Position numbers and translations under genes: made by a program. The notes below the pieces were generated by a model. That model was not told where the DNA came from. It was given only the letters and a program-made list of their open reading frames with translations, and ran no database searches. A stretch of 64,000 nucleotides of DNA, from assembly GCA_965205595.1 (NCBI GenBank), contig CBDBHI010000020.1, forward strand, positions 82,056-146,055. Reading direction: 5' to 3'. This document shows positions 9,434 through 19,632 of the stretch, in pieces. Numbering within the stretch: position 1 is the first letter of the stretch; every line of letters starts with the position of its first letter. The DNA comes from Bryobacterales bacterium. GTDB taxonomy: Bacteria; Acidobacteriota; Terriglobia; Bryobacterales; UBA6623.

Positions 9434-10666
9434 ATGAAACCCAAACCAACGAAAATCGCACTTGCCTATTCCGGTGGCCTCGATACTTCGATCATCATCC
9501 CCTGGCTGCGAGAGAACTACGGCTCTGAAGTCGTCGCCATCTGCGGCGACATTGGTCAAGGCGGCGACGAGCTCGAAGGCCTCCGTGAAAAAGCACTCGC
9601 CAGCGGAGCCGCCGAAGTCTACGTCGAAGACATGCGCGAGGAATTCGTCCGAGACTACGTCTGGCCGATGGTCCGCGCCGGAGCGGTCTACGAACACAAG
9701 TACCTCCTCGGGACTTCAATAGCGCGTCCATTGCTGGCCAAGCGCCAAGTTGAGATCGCGCTAAAGACCAATTGCGACGCGCTCTCCCACGGAGCCACCG
9801 GCAAGGGCAACGACCAGGTCCGCTTCGAGCTGACTTTCAAAGCCCTCGCCCCGCACCTGCCCGTGATTGCGCCGTGGCGTGAGTGGGACATCGTCTCACG
9901 CGAGGACGCCATTGACTACGCCGAAAAGCACAACGTACCGATTCAACAGAGTAAGGAAAAGATCTACAGCCGCGACGCCAATCTGTGGCACATTTCCCAC
10001 GAAGGGGCCGAGCTCGAAGACCCAGCCAACTCCCCGGCCGACAAGGTCTGGATGCTGTCAGTCGACCCCGAAGACGCCCCCGCGGCCGGCATCGAGGTCA
10101 CACTCGATTACCAGGCGGGCGACCTAACGGCGATCGATGGCGAGCGTCCATCGCCTGCCACGCTTGTCGCCAAGCTCAACGAGCTAGGCGGAGCCCACGG
10201 CGTGGGTCGCGTTGACCTTGTCGAGAACCGCTTTGTCGGGATGAAATCCCGCGGTTGTTACGAAACTCCCGGCGGGTCCATCATCATGGCCGGCCAGCGC
10301 GAGATCGAGGCCCTCACGCTCGATCGCGCCACCCAACACTACAAGCAGAAAGTCGCTCTCGACTACGCCGAGTTGGTCTATGACGGCAAGTGGTTCACGC
10401 CGCTGCGCGAGGCGCTCGATGGCTTCGTTAGCCAAACCCAACGCTTCGTTACCGGACAAGTCAAGCTGCTGCTGCGGCAAGGACGCATCGAAGTCCTCAG
10501 CCGCACATCGCCTTACTCGCTCTACTCGATGGACATCGCCAGCTTCACGATGGGGGCCGAGTATGACCAGAAAGATGCCGAAGGGTTCATCAACCTGACC
10601 GGACTGCCGATGCGCGTCCACGGCGCCGTTCAGAGGCGAGTGGCCGCGGAGAAATCACAGACATGA
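9434..10666 (+). CDS. argG: Argininosuccinate synthase
   Basis: LAYSGGLDTS, YLLGTSIARP, HGATGKGNDQVRFE, SRGCYETPG. Confidence 0.98.
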   Translation: MKPKPTKIALAYSGGLDTSIIIPWLRENYGSEVVAICGDIGQGGDELEGLREKALASGAAEVYVEDMREEFVRDYVWPMVRAGAVYEHKYLLGTSIARPLLAKRQVEIALKTNCDALSHGATGKGNDQVRFELTFKALAPHLPVIAPWREWDIVSREDAIDYAEKHNVPIQQSKEKIYSRDANLWHISHEGAELEDPANSPADKVWMLSVDPEDAPAAGIEVTLDYQAGDLTAIDGERPSPATLVAKLNELGGAHGVGRVDLVENRFVGMKSRGCYETPGGSIIMAGQREIEALTLDRATQHYKQKVALDYAELVYDGKWFTPLREALDGFVSQTQRFVTGQVKLLLRQGRIEVLSRTSPYSLYSMDIASFTMGAEYDQKDAEGFINLTGLPMRVHGAVQRRVAAEKSQT

Positions 10667-12060
10667 AACTTTGGGGCGGACGCTTCGAAGCAGGGCCCGC
10701 CGAGCTGTTCGAGCAATTCTCTGGCTCGTTGCATTTCGACAAGCGCCTGTTCGAGGCTGACATCGAAGGCTCGCGGGCGTTCGCCAATGCGCTCGTCCAA
10801 GTCGGCATCATGACCGACGATGAGCGCGACCAGATCCACGCGGCGTACGACGAGATTCTGAGGCAATCTGAAACGGAAGGTTTCTTCGACGCCGACGATG
10901 AAGACATCCACACTTTCGTCATTCGCAGACTGGGCGAAGTTGCCGGCGCCGTAGCCGACAAGATCCATACCGGGCGCAGCCGCAACGAGCAAGTGACGAC
11001 CGACTTTCGGCTATGGATGAAACGCGAAATCCGCGCCGATCAAGTTCGCCTCGAAGCCGTGATGGCCTCGTTGCTCGACTTCGCGCGGCGCGAGCCCACC
11101 GCCCTACTGCCTGGCTACACCCACCTGCGGCGCGCCCAGGGTATTTTGTTTTCACACTACCTGCTGGCGTACTTCGAAATGTTCTCGCGTGACTGGCAAC
11201 GCTTGCAGCAAGCCTACGAACGGACCGACGTGTTGCCGCTTGGGAGCGGCGCGCTGGCTGGCAGCGGATTCCCGTTCGACCGGGGCAAGATCGCCAACGA
11301 CCTTGGCTTCTCGGCGATCTCCGCCAACAGTCTCGACGTCGTCTCCGACCGCGATTTCGCGATGGACTTTCTCTATGCCGCGTCCGTCACGATGCTGCAC
11401 ATCAGCCGGCTGGCGGAAGACTGGATCCTCTATACCAGTGAGGAATTTGGCTTTCTCGAACCCGGCGACGAAGTCACTAGCGGATCGAGCCTGATGCCCC
11501 AAAAGCGCAACCCTGACGCGCTCGAACTTCTGCGCGGAAAAACCGGCCGCATCTGCGGTCATCTGCAAGCGCTGATGCTCACCGTCAAGGGTCTGCCGCT
11601 GACGTATAACCGTGACCTACAAGAAGACAAAGAGGGCGTTTTTGACGCCGCCGACCAGTTCGCCGGCTCACTCGAAATCCTCAAACTCTGCGTCGACACG
11701 ACCAAGATTCGCCCACAAGCGATGGAGCAGGCCGCCGAAGACGGTTGGGTCTGCGCCACGGCGCTTGCCGAAGTTTTGGCCCGCAAGGGCGTGCCGTTCC
11801 ATCACGCCCACCAGATCGTCGGCAGTATCGTGCTCGAAAGCGTCAAGCAAGGCAAGCGCGCCGAAGACTGGACCGCGCAAGAGCTGCAAGCGTTCGTACC
11901 GGAATTCGACGCCGACGCCCAAGCCGTCCTACGGCCGCGCGCGGCTTTAGAGAGTCACGCCATCCCCGGCGGGACGGCGCCGGCGTTTGTAGCCCAAGCA
12001 CTCGAAGCCGCGACTGCTCGTCTGGACGAAATGAAAGTGCAGACCTCGGACACAAAATAA
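10663..12060 (+). CDS. argH: Argininosuccinate lyase
   Basis: KLWGGRF, IHTGRSRNEQV, LPGYTHL, SGSSLMPQKRNPD, YNRDLQEDKE. Confidence 0.98.
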   Translation: MKLWGGRFEAGPAELFEQFSGSLHFDKRLFEADIEGSRAFANALVQVGIMTDDERDQIHAAYDEILRQSETEGFFDADDEDIHTFVIRRLGEVAGAVADKIHTGRSRNEQVTTDFRLWMKREIRADQVRLEAVMASLLDFARREPTALLPGYTHLRRAQGILFSHYLLAYFEMFSRDWQRLQQAYERTDVLPLGSGALAGSGFPFDRGKIANDLGFSAISANSLDVVSDRDFAMDFLYAASVTMLHISRLAEDWILYTSEEFGFLEPGDEVTSGSSLMPQKRNPDALELLRGKTGRICGHLQALMLTVKGLPLTYNRDLQEDKEGVFDAADQFAGSLEILKLCVDTTKIRPQAMEQAAEDGWVCATALAEVLARKGVPFHHAHQIVGSIVLESVKQGKRAEDWTAQELQAFVPEFDADAQAVLRPRAALESHAIPGGTAPAFVAQALEAATARLDEMKVQTSDTK

Positions 12061-12061
12061 C

Positions 12062-12517
12062 GTGGCCTCGAAGGACGAACGCCGGCAACTCGTCTTGCGG
12101 CTGATCCGCTCGCGGCCGGTCCACACTCAAGACGACCTGGCGGCTCAACTCGCCGAACACGGCATCGGAACCAGCCAAGTAACGCTTTCGCGCGACCTGC
12201 GCGAACTCGCCATCGTAAAAACCATAGGCGGTTACGAAGAAGCCCGGCGGCTCGGCGCAGACCCAGCGGTCGCGGCCGACGCTGACGAGAATCTCAAACG
12301 CGTCCTAGCCGACTTTCTCACCGGGGTGGACGTCGCCGGCAATCTAGTCGTCATCAAAACCAACCCCGGCGGCGCTGGAGCGGTAGCGCTGGCGCTTGAC
12401 GCGGCACAATGGCCCGACATTGTCGGGACACTGGCCGGAGACGACACGATATTCGCGGCAACCGCGACTCCAGCCAGCGCCGAAAGAGTGCGGCGGCGGC
12501 TGCGAAAAATAGACTGA
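12062..12517 (+). CDS. argR: Arginine repressor
   Basis: TQDDL, SQVTLSRDLREL, LVVIKTNPGGA, VGTLAGDDTIF. Confidence 0.95.
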   Translation: MASKDERRQLVLRLIRSRPVHTQDDLAAQLAEHGIGTSQVTLSRDLRELAIVKTIGGYEEARRLGADPAVAADADENLKRVLADFLTGVDVAGNLVVIKTNPGGAGAVALALDAAQWPDIVGTLAGDDTIFAATATPASAERVRRRLRKID

Positions 12518-13165
12518 TTTCGCACGGTTTCGCCCAAATTCGCTTCGGTTGGCGAGAACACAGTTAAGTCTCATAGCGCGATCCCGTCGGTTCGAGGGCC
12601 GATGTTGAGACGGATTGTGGTAACTGCGTCACCCACTGATTTGATTGTGCAACTCGGGTGTACCGAATTTGCAGGTCGAATATTTGAAGTCGTTTGGAAT
12701 CAATGAGATAAATATTTTTGCCGTGATGGGATTTTTGAGTCTGCTGCGAGGGGTTGAAGTCGCAGCTTTCGATGCCTTCAGTAGGGGTGCATGCCAATCT
12801 CGACAGTCATTGTCCTGGCTCGAGCCGACACCGGATACGGATTTTGAAGGCGGCACCCCAATAGTTATCTTCGAGATCGACATAGGCGCCTTTTCGTCGA
12901 CGTCTGATTCGAACTACCGCCGAAGAAAGGGTTGGGCCTAAAGTCGTCCGCGCACGGCAGACATGTTACCCATGCACACTGAAATAACGCTTCGCCGTTT
13001 ATCAGGATCTAGGCGGGACGATGTCGAAGATCGTATGTCCGTGGCGGGAACCTCAAGCGAACGGGATTTGAACGAAGCCTTCGGCAGACGCTTCGCGTGT
13101 GCATAGTCGGGGAAGACGGTGGTTAGTCGGGCGTAAGGTCGTGGACACCAACAAGGAGGTGTCCG

Positions 13166-14051
13166 ATGACACAACTACGCCGACAGATGCTCGAGGAGTT
13201 CGAGCGTCGCAACTATTCCGCGAACACGGTTCGCACCTACATCCGCACAGTCGAAGAGTTGGCGCGCTATTTCAAGCGGCGGCCCGACCAGCTAGGGCCG
13301 GAGCACATCCGCCAGTATCAAGCGCACCTGTTTCGCGACCGCAAGCTCGCCGCCAACAGCGTGGCGCAACGCGTGGCGGCGCTGCGCTTCTTCTTGCATC
13401 AAGACGCTGGGGCAAGAGTGGAACCTGGATCGAGTGCCCTATCCGAAGAGACCGCGCCAACTGCCCAACATCCTCTCTCCCCACGAGGTCGCTCGTCTGA
13501 TCGATGCCGCCCACACTCCTTTCTATCGCGTCATCGTGATGACGCTGTACGCCACCGGAGTACGCCGCTCGGAGTTGACGCATCTGCGCATCCACGACAT
13601 CGATTCCGCGCGCATGGTCGTGCACGTTCGCGGCGGCAAGGGCCGCAAAGACCGTGACGTGATGCTCTCCCAACAGTTGCTGGTCAACCTACGCGAGCAC
13701 GTTCGCCGCCTGCGGCGCAGACCCGAGCAGTGGCTGTTTCCCGGCGGCAAGTGGCACACCAGCGATGACCCCATCACGAGCAACGTGCCGTGGCTCGCTT
13801 GCAGCCATGCCGCCAAGCGGGCCGGCATCACCAAACCCGCCCACCCTCACATTCTGCGTCATTGCTTCGCGACGCACTTGCTCGAAGCCGGCTCAGACTT
13901 GCGCAGCATCCAGATGCTGCTCGGTCATCGCGATCTCGAAGAGACGGCCAGGTATCTGCATCTGTCGGTAATGCGTCTGAGCGAGGTCGCCAGCCCTTTG
14001 GATTCCTTGGAGCTGACTGCAACGAAGAACGACGATCCCGAGACAAGCTAG
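13166..14051 (+). pseudogene. Phage-integrase-family tyrosine recombinase, frameshifted
   Basis: MTQLRRQMLEE..RRNYS N-terminus, YATGVRRSEL, HPHILRHCFATHLLEAG, TARYLHLS; removing one extra base (G13396, ttcttcttGcatc) joins the two ORFs as LRFFFIKTLGQEW. Confidence 0.85.
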
Positions 14052-15242
14052 ATGCAGGGGCCGCCGCTGGAGGTGGCCGATCTGGTTCGCGCCGCCGGGC
14101 AAGGCTTCCTTGTCCACAGCCGCAAGTGGCTTCGCTCACAGCATGTGAAGGTGTTGTCGGCGATCGCCCGTTGCCGTACAGCCGCGCTCGGCGGTCATCG
14201 CCTGCGCTGCGACGACTGCGACCATTCGCCGCCCCTCGTCTACAACTCGTGCTTGGATCGGCATTGTCCCAAGTGTCAGGCCGGCACCCGCAAGCGCCGG
14301 CTCGAAGCTCGCCGCAAAGAGCTGCTGCCGGTGCGCTATCTGCACGTCGTCTTCACATTGCCGCGAGTGCTCTCACAGTTGGCCTTGCAGAACAAAAAGC
14401 TGCTCTACTCGCTGCTGATGCGAGCGAGCGCCCAGACGCTGCTCGAAGTCGCTCGCGATCCTCGCCGGCTCGGCGCCGAGATCGGCTTCCTCTCGATCCT
14501 GCATACCTGGAATCAACGCTTGCAGGAACACGCGCATACCCACCTTGTCGTTCCCGCCGGCGGCCTCGCGCTCGACCGCAGCCGCTGGATCGACGCGCCG
14601 CGCAAGAACTTCTTCCTGCCCCAGTGGGTCTTGGCGGAAGTCTTTCGCGGCAAGTTCGTCGACGGCTTACGGAAGGCCTTTGCCAAAGGCGAGCTGCATT
14701 GCCATGGGCGCTTCGCGCCGCTCAACCGAGAGCGCAACTTCAAGGCCTTTGTGCGGAGCTTGTATCGCACCAACTGGGTGGTCGAAGTGCGGCCGCCCTT
14801 CGGCGGTGCCGGCAAGGCGCTGGAGTACTTGAGTCGTTACACCCACCGGGTCGCGATCTCGAACCAACGCCTGGTCTCGTTCAAAGAAGGCCAAGTTAAG
14901 TTTCGCTGGCGCGATTCAGCTCACGGTAACCAGCAACGGCTGCTGACGCTCGATCTCGACGAGTTCCTGCGCCGCTTCTTGTTGCATGTGCTGCCCTCGG
15001 GCTTCCACCGCATTCGCTACTGGGGCTTTCTGACCAACTCAAAACGCGGCAAGCTGTTGCCGTTGTGCCGTCGACTGATCGCTCGCGTCAACCCTTCGCG
15101 CACGATCTCCTACTCCGCTGACGAACCCGCTCACGGCAACGACCGGCGCTGTCCTCGCTGCGGCGGCCGCCTGCGCGTCGTCGAACGTTTCACTGCCGCT
15201 CAACTGCTCGCTCGCGCTCCGCCCGCTCTCGTTGCCGCATGA
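14052..15242 (+). CDS. IS91-family (Y2) transposase with N-terminal Zn-binding domain
   Basis: CRTAALGGH, YNSCLDRHCPKCQ, HVVFTLP, LHTWNQRLQEHAHTH (HUH), YLSRYTHRVAISN, FHRIRYWGFL. Confidence 0.92.
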   Translation: MQGPPLEVADLVRAAGQGFLVHSRKWLRSQHVKVLSAIARCRTAALGGHRLRCDDCDHSPPLVYNSCLDRHCPKCQAGTRKRRLEARRKELLPVRYLHVVFTLPRVLSQLALQNKKLLYSLLMRASAQTLLEVARDPRRLGAEIGFLSILHTWNQRLQEHAHTHLVVPAGGLALDRSRWIDAPRKNFFLPQWVLAEVFRGKFVDGLRKAFAKGELHCHGRFAPLNRERNFKAFVRSLYRTNWVVEVRPPFGGAGKALEYLSRYTHRVAISNQRLVSFKEGQVKFRWRDSAHGNQQRLLTLDLDEFLRRFLLHVLPSGFHRIRYWGFLTNSKRGKLLPLCRRLIARVNPSRTISYSADEPAHGNDRRCPRCGGRLRVVERFTAAQLLARAPPALVAA

Positions 15243-15682
15243 TGCTACGACGCATCCCAGCTCGAACCGCTGCCGCGCTCCGGCGTGCGCCGGCCCCGTG
15301 CGACTGGGCTCGGCTTTCCAGGCGCTCCGGCACGCTTCAGTCGCCTCTCGGACCGCCCAATCTTGCCTTATCCCTTCCCATCAGCGCTCGCAAACACTCC
15401 TCGCCGACGTTCTCCCCGCGCCGAAGCCTTCTCGTTGTCGCCTTGCCCCTGCCCGCTCGCCAAATACAAAACGCATAGACTGCCAAGGCGCGTTGCAGGC
15501 TCCCTTCAAATCGTTGTACCGCAAGCGCCTAAATCTGTCGCCCGGCGAGGCTCCTTCGGTCCGGTCGCCTGCTGTACAACACTCAGATTTAGTTTCCGAG
15601 GCGGATGGCCCCTAAGTCGTTGCTGTGCCTCGGCGTTCTCTTCGAAACCACTGTGCCCACAGATGGGCTGGCCAGTCATCAT

Positions 15683-17914
15683 TCAATCAGCCAGGTTCAT
15701 CCGTCGCAAAACGGCCCGAAACCTCGGGTCGTCGCGAACGCTGTCAAACTCGGGAAAATTCTTGATCCAAAAAAGCTGCGAGCTGCGAAGATCGCAGGCT
15801 TGACTCAGGCGCTCCAGGGCTTCATCTTTCTCTCCCAAACCGAGCCAAATCACCGCGAGGTGGTAGGGCGCGAGATACTCCGGTTGGGAACCTGCCTGGA
15901 TCGCCTCGATCAATTCCCTAGCCTTCTCCGTCTCGCCGGAAACCGCATAGGCATACCCGAGGTGCCCGTCCGCCCATGAAGCCATATTCCCTTGCTTGAA
16001 CGCAGCGATCGCCTTTCCGTAGTCGCCCGTATGCAAGTACGCCTGTCCTAGAAAGAAGTGAGTCACGAAGTGGTTCGGGTCGAACTCCAAGGTCTTCTGA
16101 AGTTCTTCGATGGCCCGGTCATATTTCCGTTGATACAAAAGTGCAAGGCCGGGGACTACATTGACGATCGGCGTGACGGGATCTAGTTCCGCGGCACGGC
16201 TGCTCTCTGAAAAAGCTTCATCCAGACGATTCAACGGCATCAACACAAAGATCGCGTACCACACATGGCCCAGCGGGTAAAAGGGGTCCAACTCGATTGC
16301 CCGCCGGAACGCGCGTTCTCCCGTCGCCCAATTCCAATGGTACTGAGCTTCAACCGCTCCGATCGAAACGTGAGCCGCCGCTAGATCGGCGTCGATCTCA
16401 AGAGCTTTCGACGCAGCCGCCTCGGCCCTTGGCCCGGCCTCCTCCGGCGGTAGCACGCCATACAGCCCGAGACTGGTGTAGCAGTCGGCCATACCGGAGT
16501 AGGCCAGGGCATACTCGGGATCTTCGGCAAGGGCCCGCTCGTAACACCCAACTGCCTTGTGAAGCGTCTCGGCAGTGCGCCTGTGCCAGTAGTAGCGCCC
16601 CTGGAGACACATGTTGTAGGCCCGAACGTTTTCTGTGTAGCGGTTGGCAAGCGCCTCTTTCTTTGAGCCTACGAGCTTGACGCGTAGCTGCTCGGCGATC
16701 GACTGCGAGATGTCATCTTGGATCTCAAAGATGTCGTCCATCACGCGGTCGTAGCGTTCGGACCAAAGCTGATACTGACCATCAATCGCGATAAGCTCTA
16801 CGTTGATCCGCACACGATCTCCCGATCGCCGCACGGTACCTTCCAGGACGTGCTTCACCTTGAGCGTCCGTCCGACCTCTTCGGGTAGAGGTCGTTTGCC
16901 TTTGAACTGAAAAGCCAGACTGCGCGGGGTCACTTGAAGCCCTTCGACTTTTCCTAGAGCGCTCGTGATGTCCTCGCTGATGCCGTCGCTGAAATACTCG
17001 TCCTCGTCGCCGTGGCTGCGGTTCTCAAACGGCAGCACAGCGATAGAGGGGAACTCATCTTTTGTCTCGGCCGAGGGGTGAGCCGCATCCCCCGATTCTT
17101 GGCGCCGCTTCAATGCCTTCAGATCGGCAATCAGATCCGCCGCCGTCTGATAACGTTCGTCGGCCTTCTTCGCCAGACACTTGGTGACGATACGTTCGAG
17201 CTCGGGGGGCACTCCGCTGCGTAGCGCCGTGATCGGCTCAGGCGGTTCGTTGAGAATCGAGTAGAGCACCGCTTGCTCGTAGTGGCCTAGGAACGGCAGC
17301 CGCCCTGTCGCCATCTCGTACAGCACGACGCCCAGCGCCCAGATGTCCGTGCGTTGATCGAGCGTTGCACCGGCGGTCTGCTCGGGCGACATGTAGGACG
17401 AGGTGCCCAGAGTCGTGCCGTCTTTCGTGAGCTTGGACTCCGCCGCGCCGAGCTGCGCCAGCCCGAAGTCCATCAGCACGGCCTGGCCGGACTTCGTTTC
17501 CATGATGTTGGCCGGCTTGATGTCGCGGTGGACAACGCCCTTGCCGTGCGCCTCCTGCAAACCAGTCGCGATCTGGATACCTATGTCGAGCAAGCCGTCG
17601 ATGCTCACCGGGCCGACTTCGATCCGCTTGGTCAGCTCCGCGCCATCGACGTACGCCATGGCGATGAAGGTTTGGCCCTCTGCGTCGTCGATTTCGTAAA
17701 CCGTACAGATGTTCGGGTGTTGGAGAGCGGCCGCCGCCCGAGCTTCACGCAAGAAACGGGCTTTGGTGCCTTCGGTTCCAAGCAGGTTTGAGGGAAGGAA
17801 CTTCAGCGCGACGAGGCGGCGGAGTTTGGTGTCTTCGGCCTTGTACACCACACCCATGCCGCCCTCGCCGAGCTTGCCGAGGATCTTGTAGTGACTGATG
17901 GTCTGCCCAATCAA
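15683..17914 (-). CDS. Ser/Thr protein kinase with TolB-like domain and TPR repeats
   Basis: LGEGGMGVVYKA, VHRDIKPAN, DFGLA, YMSPEQ; SIAVLPFEN; TPR helices. Confidence 0.95.
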   Translation of the reverse strand: MIGQTISHYKILGKLGEGGMGVVYKAEDTKLRRLVALKFLPSNLLGTEGTKARFLREARAAAALQHPNICTVYEIDDAEGQTFIAMAYVDGAELTKRIEVGPVSIDGLLDIGIQIATGLQEAHGKGVVHRDIKPANIMETKSGQAVLMDFGLAQLGAAESKLTKDGTTLGTSSYMSPEQTAGATLDQRTDIWALGVVLYEMATGRLPFLGHYEQAVLYSILNEPPEPITALRSGVPPELERIVTKCLAKKADERYQTAADLIADLKALKRRQESGDAAHPSAETKDEFPSIAVLPFENRSHGDEDEYFSDGISEDITSALGKVEGLQVTPRSLAFQFKGKRPLPEEVGRTLKVKHVLEGTVRRSGDRVRINVELIAIDGQYQLWSERYDRVMDDIFEIQDDISQSIAEQLRVKLVGSKKEALANRYTENVRAYNMCLQGRYYWHRRTAETLHKAVGCYERALAEDPEYALAYSGMADCYTSLGLYGVLPPEEAGPRAEAAASKALEIDADLAAAHVSIGAVEAQYHWNWATGERAFRRAIELDPFYPLGHVWYAIFVLMPLNRLDEAFSESSRAAELDPVTPIVNVVPGLALLYQRKYDRAIEELQKTLEFDPNHFVTHFFLGQAYLHTGDYGKAIAAFKQGNMASWADGHLGYAYAVSGETEKARELIEAIQAGSQPEYLAPYHLAVIWLGLGEKDEALERLSQACDLRSSQLFWIKNFPEFDSVRDDPRFRAVLRRMNLAD

Positions 17915-17963
17915 GATGTGTCGATTCTAGCGCTCAGGACCTTCACTGGGTTTTCCTGGTGAA

Positions 17964-17982
17964 AACAAACGATGCCACAAAC
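17964..17982 (+). repeat. 19-bp direct repeat, left copy (partner 24004-24022)
   Basis: aacaaacgatgccacaaac vs aacaaacgatgtcacaaac, one mismatch. Confidence 0.7.
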
Positions 17983-18038
17983 TCTCGATCAAAAGGACAC
18001 CAGAATCTCCGCCAAACGGCTCTAACGCCCTGTTTAAC

Positions 18039-18526
18039 CCTAAAAGCGGCAGTTAGGTGAGGTAATCGGCGAGTTGGAGGTTCGTTCCGACGACTCGGCC
18101 GTGGAGGAAATCGCGGAAGATCCAGCTGAGGATCAGTCGCCAGTGAGTGATCGAGCCCAACTGCTCCGCAGTTGCCGCCACGCGTTTGAGGAATTTACTC
18201 GCCGCCTCCAACGAGCGCCGGACTTGGCGCGTTTTCGCATGCGAACTCGTGATCGTCAGCGTCGTCTGCCGCGCATGCCGCGTGCGCCGCGCGATGCCGT
18301 GCAGCAGCAACGGCCGTGTCGTGATCGCTTCGCCCTTGCGCCCCGCCGCCAAGCGCGTGAACAGCCCCCACCAGTTGTAGACCAACGCGATCACTCCCGC
18401 CATCTCTCGGCTGCGCTTCAAATCCTGCGTCGTAAATCCCGTCCAGCCCCACTGATTCTTCAGCTCGTCAAAGTTGTTCTCCGCGTTCCCGCGGTCGCGG
18501 TACAACTGCGCGACCCCCTGCAGTTC
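18039..18526 (-). pseudogene. C-terminal fragment of a transposase (probably IS1380-like), truncated by IS903-group element
   Basis: AENNFDELKNQWGWTGFTTQDL...ALVYNWW...EAITTRPLLL; the N-terminal part is absent. Confidence 0.65.
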
Positions 18527-19632
18527 AGCCTTGTTGCACGGATAGGGATGGAAACGGAATTCCCCCTTTCCCCAAGCGGTAGTGTCAGGCGATGCGTTCG
18601 AACACAGGCCGTCCGAGCGCGGTCATTGTGTTCAGGACTTTGCGGCCGAGTTGGATCTCCGTGATCTGCCTGGAGAAGCTGCGGAATTTGAGTTTGGGGC
18701 CGATGACGCTCTTCCAACGGCCCATCTGCGTTTCTATTCGGCTGCGCTGGTTGTACCCTGTTGCCGTCTGCCAGGCCATGCACCCGTTGCTGCGGATTTG
18801 GGCAATATGGCGATCCCGAACGGTCGCATCACGCGCCGATTGCAGGCGGATCACTGCGTCCTTTGGCGGCGGTATGACCACATCCAGGGTCTCCCCATAC
18901 CGCTGCCTCAGCAGATTTCGTGTGGACGCTCCATCGTAGGCGCCGTCAGCCAGAAAGCCCGTGACCGGGGCATCCAGCTGATCCAGGAGGCTGGGTAAGG
19001 CTGTGCTGTCTCCAACGTTATCGTGAGTCAGAGCGGCGCAAACAATCGCCCCGCTGGCGAGGTCCAGTCCGAGGTGGAGCTTGCGCCAGCGGCGGCGTAT
19101 TCCCTTGGTGTTATGCTTCTGCGCTAGCCATTCGCCCTCGCCGAAGATCTTGAGGCCAGTACTGTCGACCACCAGATGGATAGGCACAGATCCTGCTTGC
19201 CTCATCACCTGAGCGATGCTCACCCCGTTTGCGCGACGCGACAGCGTGGAGTAATCCGGTACCCGTATATCCAACCCCATGAGCGTGCCGATGGAACCCA
19301 TAAGCCCCTGTGTCTGACGCAGTCCAAGATGGTATGCCGTGCGCAGCATCAGGCATGTCTCGATCGCCAAATCCGAGTATCTGCGCTGACCACCCCGTGA
19401 CGTGCGGCGCGGCGCGCTCCACACACTTTGAGCCTCCTCACTGACCCAAATCGTCAGGTCACCCCGTTGGCGCAAGCTCTCGTTATATTCCGCCCAGTTG
19501 ATCACCCGGTACTGCACCTTATCAAACTTGTGCCGGCGCGCTGCGGTGAACTTATGTGGCATTTAGACTACCCCCAGCGTTGAAAAAACCAATGATAAGA
19601 CATCCTTCGGGATGATTCCATGCAACAAGGTC
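18527..19632 (-). mobile_element. IS5-family (IS903 group) insertion sequence, 1106 bp
   Basis: Terminal IRs AGCCTTGTTGCACGGAT / GACCTTGTTGCATGGAA resemble IS903 ends; no matching flanking duplication. Confidence 0.85.
18585..19562 (-). CDS. IS903-group transposase
   Basis: INWAEYNESLRQRGDLTIW, YSDLAIETCL, LVVDSTGLK, WRKLHL, ADGAYD, YNQRSRIET. Confidence 0.95.
   Translation of the reverse strand: MPHKFTAARRHKFDKVQYRVINWAEYNESLRQRGDLTIWVSEEAQSVWSAPRRTSRGGQRRYSDLAIETCLMLRTAYHLGLRQTQGLMGSIGTLMGLDIRVPDYSTLSRRANGVSIAQVMRQAGSVPIHLVVDSTGLKIFGEGEWLAQKHNTKGIRRRWRKLHLGLDLASGAIVCAALTHDNVGDSTALPSLLDQLDAPVTGFLADGAYDGASTRNLLRQRYGETLDVVIPPPKDAVIRLQSARDATVRDRHIAQIRSNGCMAWQTATGYNQRSRIETQMGRWKSVIGPKLKFRSFSRQITEIQLGRKVLNTMTALGRPVFERIA

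Larger units (their letters stand above)
12937..15620 (+). mobile_element. Tyrosine recombinase + IS91-family transposase two-gene element (ends approximate)
   Basis: Adjacent integrase and Y2 transposase ORFs; imperfect repeat CCTAA(A)GTCGT at 12937 and 15611 used as tentative limits. Confidence 0.7.

Noticed and set aside
12931-12937. Integron attC core GTTRRRY (GTTGGGC) beside the integrase element
   Set aside because: No matching RYYYAAC inverse core or attC stem found, and the integrase shows no IntI-specific insertion
12564-12941. ORFs 12564-12797, 12629-12883, 12645-12941
   Set aside because: Overlapping, no recognisable motifs, lower GC; probably non-coding or decayed
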